Source: an uncultured Klebsiella sp.
GTDB taxonomy: Bacteria; Pseudomonadota; Gammaproteobacteria; Ga0077536
Assembly (NCBI GenBank): GCA_964555355.1
Contig: CAZKRY010000003.1
Span: 192,878 to 256,877, forward strand
Reading direction: 5' to 3'
DNA: 64,000 nucleotides
The first letter of the stretch is position 1, and each line of letters opens with the position of its first letter. Made by a program: the position numbers and the translations under genes. Of this stretch, positions 57,128-64,000 are shown piece by piece. A model generated the notes under the pieces. That model saw nothing but the letters and a program-made list of their open reading frames with translations, searched no databases and was not told where the DNA came from.

Positions 57128-57518
57128 GGCGACGACACTCGTCCTGCCCATCCGCGGCCGCGTCGCCGCAGGTTCACCAATTGGCCCGGCTAGCGAAGAA
57201 GAGGCCCCGCACCTCGTCCTTGACCGCGCCCTCTTCTCCCGTACTCCGCATTACCTGCTACGGGTGCAGGGGGATTCGATGCAGGAGGAAGGGATCCTGG
57301 ACGGCGACCTCATCGCCGTGCACCACACCCCGGTCGCCGAGCACGGCGAGATCGTCGTCGCGCGGCTAGATAACGAGTTCACCGTCAAACGCCTGAATTG
57401 CGAACCTGGGCGTGTGTTACTCCTGCCACACAATGCCGACTATGCGCCACTTGAAGTCCTACCTACCGCGGATTTTGCAATCGAAGGCCTGTATTGCGGC
57501 TTGGTGCGACGGGCGTGA
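56742..57518 (+). CDS. lexA: LexA repressor with ~50-aa expanded inter-domain linker (258 aa)
   Basis: N-terminal wHTH (LAEIAQAF...KHLAALATKGYLE); Ala-Gly cleavage site VAAGSP; S24 Ser/Lys dyad (GDSM, VKRL). Confidence 0.9.
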   Translation: MEALTRRQQAILHFVVARIAAHGLPPTLAEIAQAFEFNQARAAQKHLAALATKGYLELLPGKARGIRILRTPINSGFGDFNNGNNGTPTDWDDPNSGTPIELPIELGGGSAGQFGDTHRNKFRTPIKIRATTLVLPIRGRVAAGSPIGPASEEEAPHLVLDRALFSRTPHYLLRVQGDSMQEEGILDGDLIAVHHTPVAEHGEIVVARLDNEFTVKRLNCEPGRVLLLPHNADYAPLEVLPTADFAIEGLYCGLVRRA

Positions 57519-58147
57519 CTACCGCTTCTGCACCACTGGATACCTTGCTCGCCAACCAACAGGTTTGGCGTGGGCGCGCGCAGGCGCGGCCGGTACATCG
57601 CCCTTATTCAACCGGCCTCACCGCTCTTGATGCCTTGCTGCCGTCACAAGGCTGGCCCGAGCACGGTCTGGTCGAAGTATTGAGCGATGCCACCGGGCAA
57701 GGCGAACTCTCGCTCCTGTTGCCCACGCTCGCCAATTTGAGCACGCAAGCCAGACCCATTCTGGCCATCGCCCCGCCCTTCTGCCCTTACGCGCCGGCCT
57801 GGCAAAAAGCCGGTGTGCGGCTCGCCCAATTGCATGTCGTGGAAGCTACCGGCACGGATGCTTTGTGGGCGATGGAGCAAGCTTTGCGCGCCGGTTGTTG
57901 CAGCGCTGTGTTGGGCTGGCCGAAGAGTGCAGACGACAAAGCACTGCGGCGTTTGCAAGTCGCCGCCGACAGCGGCAACACCCTTGGATTTATATTTCGC
58001 GCACTCGCGATGGCCCGCAATCCCTCGCCCGCGCCGCTACGGCTGTGCATCGAGTACCAAGCGACCGGCATTGCATTGCGTGTCCTCAAATGCCGTGGCA
58101 GCGCACCGCCGGCTGGGGCGGTCGCGCTCCGTTCGGCGCGCCATTGA
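57494..58147 (+). CDS. imuA: ImuA (SulA/RecA-fold, translesion synthesis cassette protein); start TTG 57494 or GTG 57515
   Basis: Position between lexA and imuB; ~210 aa; GTGA overlap with the lexA stop. Confidence 0.7.
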   Translation: MRLGATGVTTASAPLDTLLANQQVWRGRAQARPVHRPYSTGLTALDALLPSQGWPEHGLVEVLSDATGQGELSLLLPTLANLSTQARPILAIAPPFCPYAPAWQKAGVRLAQLHVVEATGTDALWAMEQALRAGCCSAVLGWPKSADDKALRRLQVAADSGNTLGFIFRALAMARNPSPAPLRLCIEYQATGIALRVLKCRGSAPPAGAVALRSARH

Positions 58148-58156
58148 TGGTATGCC

Positions 58157-59578
58157 ATGCTGTGGGCCGGGATCTATTTGCCGCACTTGGCGCTCGATGG
58201 AGTCCTCCGCCAGCATCCATCGCCTGAAGAGCCGCTGGTGCTCGTCACCGGTACTGCGCAGCGGCGCACTGTCTTGGCGGCGAATCGCGCGGCACAGGCC
58301 GTGGGTTTGCGCGCCGGGTTACCGCTGAATGCCGCGCATACTTTGGTCTCCCATTTCGGTTGCATCGAATACGACCCCCACACACTCACCCACCTACAAG
58401 CGCTGCTCGCGGCGTGGGCTTATCAATACAGTGCGCTCGTTTGTCTTGAACGCGAGCAAATCCTCCTGCTGGAAGTTCAAGCGAGTTTAGGACTATTCGG
58501 CCCCTGGCCGCGGTTCGCGCAACGTTTGCGCCAAGATTTGACCGAACTCGGCTTTCAACATCGGCTGGCGCTAGCGCCCACCCCACTTGCCGCCGGCGTG
58601 CTCGCGCAGGCGCAAGACGGTGCCGCGCTCACATCACCCGAACGCCTAACAAATGCGCTGCGCAATGTGCCGCTCGCCGCCGCACCGCTTGCCGATTCAG
58701 TCATTACGGCGCTACACGGCATGGGGATCCGTCATCTCGGCCAGTTGCTCGCACTGCCGCGCGATGGGCTACTACGTCGCTTCGGTTCGCCTGTGGTGAC
58801 TTTGCTTGATCGCCTGCAAGGCAGAGAGCCCGATCCGCGCGAGTATTACCAACCGCCCGATCTTTTCGAATCGCGGCTTGAGTTCAATTACGAACTCGCC
58901 CATACCCAGGCGTTGTTGTTTCCGCTGCGCCGGATGCTTGGCGATCTCACGCTCTATCTCCTCCAGCGCGATCGCGGCGTGCAGCGTTTCGAGCTCAAAC
59001 TATTGCACGCCGAACTTCCGCCCACCGTCATTACGCTTGGCCTGTTGAGTCCAAGCCGCGATCCGACCCATTTGTTCGATCTCTGCCGCACGCGTTTAGA
59101 ACGCGTGCGCTTACCGGCGGCGGCGCGCGGCCTACAGCTGCGCGCGCCGGAGTTACCGCCGTTTATTCCGGCGTTGCGTGATTTATTCGCAAGCCGCGCA
59201 CAAGAGAACACTTCATGGGTGGCGCTACGCGAACGCTTAAGAGCACGCTTGGGTGAAGAAGCGCTCGGCCAACTGGAACCGCAAGCCGATCCACGTCCGG
59301 AACACAGCCTGCGCCGCGTCACGCAACTTAAGACGGAGCCCGCACCGTTGGCGCTACCGCCGCGGCCATCGTGGCTATTGCCACAGCCCGTGCCGTGGCC
59401 GGGTGGAGAATTGCGGATTATCACAGGCCCCGAACGCATCGAAGCCGGTTGGTGGGATGGCGACGATGTCCGCCGCGATTATTACGTGGCGGAAACCCAT
59501 CAAGGTCAACGTGCCTGGGTGTTCCGGCCGGCCGGTGCGCACAGCGGCACCTGGATGCTGCACGGATGGTTCGCATGA
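58157..59578 (+). CDS. imuB: ImuB (Y-family polymerase-like, catalytically inactive)
   Basis: [15 protein letters not shown]-terminus typical of ImuB; ATGA overlap with dnaE2. Confidence 0.85.
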   Translation: MLWAGIYLPHLALDGVLRQHPSPEEPLVLVTGTAQRRTVLAANRAAQAVGLRAGLPLNAAHTLVSHFGCIEYDPHTLTHLQALLAAWAYQYSALVCLEREQILLLEVQASLGLFGPWPRFAQRLRQDLTELGFQHRLALAPTPLAAGVLAQAQDGAALTSPERLTNALRNVPLAAAPLADSVITALHGMGIRHLGQLLALPRDGLLRRFGSPVVTLLDRLQGREPDPREYYQPPDLFESRLEFNYELAHTQALLFPLRRMLGDLTLYLLQRDRGVQRFELKLLHAELPPTVITLGLLSPSRDPTHLFDLCRTRLERVRLPAAARGLQLRAPELPPFIPALRDLFASRAQENTSWVALRERLRARLGEEALGQLEPQADPRPEHSLRRVTQLKTEPAPLALPPRPSWLLPQPVPWPGGELRIITGPERIEAGWWDGDDVRRDYYVAETHQGQRAWVFRPAGAHSGTWMLHGWFA

Positions 59579-62500
59579 CCGCGTACGCCGAACTGCATTG
59601 CCTATCGCATTTCAGCTTTGGCCGCGGCGCGTCGAGCGCGCGCGAACTCTTTGCCCGCGCCAAGCGCAACGGTTATCAGGCGCTCGCGATCACGGATGAA
59701 TGTAGTTTCGCAGGGCTCGTCCGCGCGCTCGAAGCCTCGCGCGAATTCGAGCTGCCGCTTATCGTCGGTACCGAACTCACGCTGGAGGATGGCGTGAAAC
59801 TGATACTACTCGCGGAAAATGCCGCGGGTTATTCCAATTTGTGTCGACTCATTACCGCCGGCCGCCGACGCGCGGCAAAGGGTACCTATGCCGTAAGCCG
59901 CGCCGACTTGACCTGCAATCTGCTCGGCGTGTTGGCGCTGTGGTTACCGCCGTTCACCACCGCTGAGAACCTTCCTCATGCCGACGCCGTCGATGAAGGA
60001 CGATGGCTCAAAACGCTTTTCGGTTCACGCGTGTGGCTCGCGGTTGAGCTGCATCGCGGCGAGGATGACCGCGCACGACTGACCAATCTGCTGGCGCTTT
60101 CCGAGCAACTCGACATGCGCGCGGTCGCGAGCGGTGACGTGCACATGCATGTGCGTAAACGCCGCGCCGTGCAGGATGTGCTCACCGCAATCCGTCACCA
60201 CACCACGGTGGCCGCCGCCGGACGTTATCTCTTTCCAAACGGCGAACGACATCTACGCACTCGCACTGCCTTAGACGCAATCTATCCGCCCGCCCTGTTG
60301 CAAGAGTCAGTCGCCATCGCGCGCCGTTGCACTTTTGATCTCGGCAAGTTGAGTTATCAATACCCCCATGAACTCGTACCGGAAGGACATAACGCGACGA
60401 GTTGGCTGCGTGAATTAACCACACAGGGCGCGGCCTGGCGCTGGCCGCAGGGCGTGCCGGATAAAGTGCGTGCACTCATCGATTACGAACTCGCGCTGAT
60501 CGCGGAACTCCGCTACGAGCCTTTTTTCTTAACCGTGCACGATGTCGTGCGTTATGCGCGCAGCCGCGGCATTTTGTGCCAAGGCCGTGGCTCGGCGGCG
60601 AACTCCGCGGTGTGTTTCGCGCTAGGCGTCACGGAGGTTGATCCCGCGCGCTACACCTTGTTGTTCGAACGTTTTATCTCCAAAGAACGCAACGAGCCGC
60701 CGGATATCGATGTCGATTTCGAGCACGAGCGGCGTGAAGAAATCATTCAATACCTCTATACCAAATACGGTCGCGAGCGGGCGGCACTCGCCGCCACCGT
60801 CATTTGTTATCGCCCCAAAAGCGCGATCCGCGATGTAGGCAAAGCACTGGGCCTGCCGGAAGATCAACTCGAGCAATTAAGCCGCGCGGTGTCCTGGTGG
60901 GATGGTGAGAGCCCGCTCGATGATCGGTTGCAAGAGCGCGGTTTCGATCCGGCGAGTGCGCTCTTGAAGCGGGTGGTCGCGGTCACCCGTGAGTTACTCG
61001 ATGCACCGCGCCATTTATCGCAACATGTGGGCGGTTTTGTGATCTCCGAGCAACCCTTGCATCACTTGGTGCCGGTGGAAAACGCCGCCATGCCGGAGCG
61101 CACGATCATCCAATGGGACAAGGACGATCTAGAAACCTTAGGCCTGCTCAAGGTGGATTGTTTAGCGCTTGGCATGCTGACCTGCGTGAGTAAATGTCTC
61201 GCCCTCTTGCGCACGGTGCGCGGGCGTGAGTTAACGCCGGCGACGATCCCGGCCGAAGATCTCGCCACTTATCGCATGATTCAAAAGGCGGACACGGTAG
61301 GGGTATTCCAAATCGAATCGCGCGCGCAGATGGCGATGCTACCGCGTTTGAAACCGGCGACGTTCTACGATCTGGTGATCGAAGTCGCGATCGTGCGGCC
61401 CGGCCCTATTCAAGGGAAAATGGTGCATCCGTATTTGCGCCGGCGGCAAGGCTTGGAGCCGGTCGAATATCCATCGCCGGAATTGCGGCCGGTGTTTGCA
61501 CGCACACTCGGCGTGCCGTTGTTTCAAGAACAGGTCATGCAACTTGCGATCGTCGCCGCCGGCTTCACGCCGGGCGAAGCCGATCGCCTGCGACGTTCGA
61601 TGGCCGCCTGGAAGCGGCGCGGCGGGCTTGAGTATTTTCGCGATCGGATCGTCGAAGGCATGCAGGCGCGCGGCTATAGCATCGAATTCGCTTTGCAGAT
61701 TTTTGAGCAGATCAAAGGCTTCGGCAGCTATGGCTTTCCGGAATCGCATGCCGCGAGTTTTGCCCTCATCACCTATGTCAGTTGCTGGTTGAAATGCCAT
61801 GAACCGGCGGCATTCACCTGCGCCTTGCTGAACTCACAACCGCTGGGTTTTTATACCGCCAATCAATTAGTCCAAGACGCGCGCCGGCATGGCATCGAGG
61901 TGCGGCCGGTGGACGTGCGCTTTAGTGAGTGGGACTCGATGTTAGAGCCTCATGCGGAAACCGCCCAACCCGCATTGCGACTAGGTTTACGCGAAATCAA
62001 CGGCTTTAAAGTAGCCGATGCCGCGCGGCTCGTCACTGCCCGCGCGGTGCGTGCTTTTGCGGATGTGCACGATCTCTGTAGGCGTGCCGCGCTCGATGCC
62101 CGAGCACGCGGCTTGCTCGCCGGGGCCGGTGCCTTGCGCGGCTTGGCCGGCCACCGCCATCGCGCACGCTGGGCGGTGGAAGGCGTGGAAGCAAGCCGTC
62201 CCCTGCTCGACGCGCAAGCCATACCGGAATCCGCGGTATCGCTCCCCGTACCGACCGCCGGCGAAACCGTCATCGCGGATTACACGAGCACCGGGTTGTC
62301 GCTGGGCCCGCATCCGTTGCGCCTCTTGCGCGCACAATTAAAAGCACGCCGTTGCTTACGCTCGCGCGAATTCACGCAACTGAGCCACGGCACCCCCGTG
62401 CGCCTGGCCGGCCTCGTCACGCTGCGCCAACGTCCTTCAACCGCCAGCGGCACGGTCTTTGTCACGCTGGAAGACGAAGACGGCATGGTGAACGTGGTGG

Positions 62501-62673
62501 TGTGGCCCAAACTGGGGATGCGTCAACGCCGCACCTTGCTTGAATCGCGTTTGATGATGGTGGAAGGGCATCTCGAAGCGGCCGACGGTGTGCAGCACTT
62601 AATCGCGAAGAAGCTCAATGATTGGAGCGCGCTCTTAGGCAGGTTGGATATTCGCTCGCGGGATTTTAGGTAG
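59575..62673 (+). CDS. dnaE2: Error-prone DNA polymerase III alpha homologue DnaE2 (ImuC)
   Basis: PHP domain ([12 protein letters not shown]) plus the DnaE core; 1032 aa. Confidence 0.9.
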   Translation: MTAYAELHCLSHFSFGRGASSARELFARAKRNGYQALAITDECSFAGLVRALEASREFELPLIVGTELTLEDGVKLILLAENAAGYSNLCRLITAGRRRAAKGTYAVSRADLTCNLLGVLALWLPPFTTAENLPHADAVDEGRWLKTLFGSRVWLAVELHRGEDDRARLTNLLALSEQLDMRAVASGDVHMHVRKRRAVQDVLTAIRHHTTVAAAGRYLFPNGERHLRTRTALDAIYPPALLQESVAIARRCTFDLGKLSYQYPHELVPEGHNATSWLRELTTQGAAWRWPQGVPDKVRALIDYELALIAELRYEPFFLTVHDVVRYARSRGILCQGRGSAANSAVCFALGVTEVDPARYTLLFERFISKERNEPPDIDVDFEHERREEIIQYLYTKYGRERAALAATVICYRPKSAIRDVGKALGLPEDQLEQLSRAVSWWDGESPLDDRLQERGFDPASALLKRVVAVTRELLDAPRHLSQHVGGFVISEQPLHHLVPVENAAMPERTIIQWDKDDLETLGLLKVDCLALGMLTCVSKCLALLRTVRGRELTPATIPAEDLATYRMIQKADTVGVFQIESRAQMAMLPRLKPATFYDLVIEVAIVRPGPIQGKMVHPYLRRRQGLEPVEYPSPELRPVFARTLGVPLFQEQVMQLAIVAAGFTPGEADRLRRSMAAWKRRGGLEYFRDRIVEGMQARGYSIEFALQIFEQIKGFGSYGFPESHAASFALITYVSCWLKCHEPAAFTCALLNSQPLGFYTANQLVQDARRHGIEVRPVDVRFSEWDSMLEPHAETAQPALRLGLREINGFKVADAARLVTARAVRAFADVHDLCRRAALDARARGLLAGAGALRGLAGHRHRARWAVEGVEASRPLLDAQAIPESAVSLPVPTAGETVIADYTSTGLSLGPHPLRLLRAQLKARRCLRSREFTQLSHGTPVRLAGLVTLRQRPSTASGTVFVTLEDEDGMVNVVVWPKLGMRQRRTLLESRLMMVEGHLEAADGVQHLIAKKLNDWSALLGRLDIRSRDFR

Positions 62674-62739
62674 GCCGGTCTTGCATGCTCGTAGTCTCAG
62701 CGCGGGCGCTTTAGAATCACATGGCGGATCATTAGCAAG

Positions 62740-62770
62740 CGTAGGTTGGGCTGACACAGGAAGCCCAACA
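62740..62770 (+). repeat. REP-like element, family B (GTAGGTTGGGCTGACACAGGAAGCCCAACAA)
   Basis: Stem GTTGGGC/GCCCAAC. Confidence 0.65.
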
Positions 62771-62850
62771 ATCAAGCGCCAAGGAAATCATTGAAAGACA
62801 TTGAGACTAACGACGATTAATTGCGCGATATCGACGACCCTGACCGAAGA

Positions 62851-62880
62851 ATGTTGGGCTTCCTGCGTCAGCCCAACCTA
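62851..62880 (-). repeat. REP-like element, family B, inverted copy
   Basis: Reverse complement matches B1 with one mismatch. Confidence 0.65.
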
Positions 62881-62892
62881 CACCCTGCTGAT

Positions 62893-63112
62893 GCGCTTGC
62901 CGATCCATATTCATTTCATGGCTCACGTTATGACCTATGGAACGGCGGAAGACGTGCCGCACGTAAAAGCGGTGGTCGAAGCAGAGGCGTTTTTGGAAAC
63001 TTTAACGCACGCGCCGCCCGGAATATTTGATGCACGCTCGTGGGCTTACTGGAACCTAAAGTTTGGCCGCGCGAATGATCTCCCGCGCCCGCGGCGACAG
63101 TTTGCCGATTAA
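62893..63112 (+). CDS. Possible small hypothetical protein (72 aa, or 64 aa from 62917)
   Basis: ORF only. No RBS, and the longer reading runs through a REP copy. Confidence 0.2.
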
Positions 63113-63178
63113 AAAAAACACGAATTGCGTGTACTTAAATTCACTGACCATAACAGTTCGTAGCGCAAAGAACCCACC

Positions 63179-64000
63179 ATGATTCCAACTGCTTCTCCGA
63201 CTATCGTTCGCTGGCGCATCGTCGCGCTGATTTTCATGGTGTATGTACTGATGTTTGTCGACCGCATCAATATCTCGATTGCGGCCAAACACATCATTCC
63301 GGAATACAACTTAACGCAGGTTGAGTTCGGCGCAATTTTTAGCGCCTTTGTCTTGGCCTATGCGCTCGCGCAGATCCCGGGCGGTTGGTTGAGCGATCGG
63401 TTTGGTCCGCGGCGCGTCATCGCATGGGCGGTCATTTGGTGGTCGTTGTTCACCGTCTTGACCGCGGCCGCCGGCGATTGGTTTTTTGCTTCTATCTTCG
63501 GCGTGGTGGGCTCTTTCGCATTGGTACGCGCGTTGATCGGGATTGGCGAAGCCGCAGCACCACCGAGCAGCAATCGCATGATCGCGAATTGGGTTACGCC
63601 GCACGAGCGCGGGCTCGCTGCCGGCATCACCATTAGCGGAAGCTCGCTTGGCGGCGCGCTGACGCCACCGCTCATCGTTTGGATCATGCTGGAGTGGGGT
63701 TGGCGCGAAGCGTTCTATCTAACGGGCGCGGCAGGCCTTATCGTCGCTTTGTTATGGTATCGATACACCACGGATACTCCTTCAAGCCATCCCGCCGTCA
63801 ATGCCGCCGAACGCGCATTGTTGGCAATGCCCGCCGCGCCCACCGCTGAGAAGGCGATAAAAACGCCGTGGCGCAAGTTGTTGGGTAGTCGTGATCTATG
63901 GTTCTTGACCGGGGCGTATTGGGTGCTGGGTTACAACGCGTATTTTTATTTCGCGTGGTTTTATCTTTATCTCGTCAACGAACGTGGGTTTTCAATTCAA
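63179..64000 (+). CDS. MFS transporter (anion:cation symporter-like), 3'-truncated by the window end
   Basis: MFVDRINISIA motif and multiple TM helices. Confidence 0.8.
   Translation, partial: MIPTASPTIVRWRIVALIFMVYVLMFVDRINISIAAKHIIPEYNLTQVEFGAIFSAFVLAYALAQIPGGWLSDRFGPRRVIAWAVIWWSLFTVLTAAAGDWFFASIFGVVGSFALVRALIGIGEAAAPPSSNRMIANWVTPHERGLAAGITISGSSLGGALTPPLIVWIMLEWGWREAFYLTGAAGLIVALLWYRYTTDTPSSHPAVNAAERALLAMPAAPTAEKAIKTPWRKLLGSRDLWFLTGAYWVLGYNAYFYFAWFYLYLVNERGFSIQ

Overview
64-kb, roughly 60% GC, densely coding chromosomal segment, most likely from a proteobacterium (the tRNA-Arg(ACG) is close to the enterobacterial type, and a lexA-imuA-imuB-dnaE2 cassette is present). About 60 protein genes and one tRNA; no rRNA and no CRISPR. 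Modules in order: (1) a degraded IS91-family transposase next to tRNA-Arg, with a duplicated tRNA 3' end; (2) pxpA, a luciferase-like monooxygenase (LLM) and a DUF937 protein; (3) a minus-strand aromatic meta-cleavage operon (HpaB-family oxygenase, MhpC-like hydrolase, MhpB-like LigB dioxygenase, LLM, fused two-domain acyl-CoA dehydrogenase) divergent from a GntR regulator with palindromes in the shared promoter; (4) a PHA locus (phasin-like protein, lipase-box hydrolase, short PhaE-like protein, class III PhaC); (5) five LLM paralogues scattered over 30 kb; (6) an orphan Rieske dioxygenase alpha/beta pair with a maleylacetate-reductase-like Fe-ADH, a GNAT and a MAPEG protein; (7) a C1/folate cluster, fhs divergent from glyA-folD-glycerate kinase; (8) a GGDEF-EAL membrane sensor, an APH-like kinase, a fused ATP-dependent 5-oxoprolinase translationally coupled to a lipoprotein, a SAM methyltransferase and a GS-hydroquinone reductase; (9) two related families of REP-like palindromic repeats; (10) a DNA-damage neighbourhood (SRAP peptidase, GST, xthA, HepT/MntA toxin-antitoxin, lexA-imuA-imuB-dnaE2). 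Most unusual: lexA carries an in-frame array of five ~16-nt direct DNA repeats, with a sixth copy in its promoter, that expands the LexA inter-domain linker by ~50 aa, and a non-canonical palindrome GTACATATATTTGTAC abuts its start codon. Other items worth a second look: a 300-bp ORF-poor structured region ending in an intrinsic terminator (candidate sRNA or 27-aa peptide); an S1C/PDZ protein that appears to lack the catalytic Ser and His; an unannotated 39-aa membrane peptide; tandem att-like tRNA duplication.
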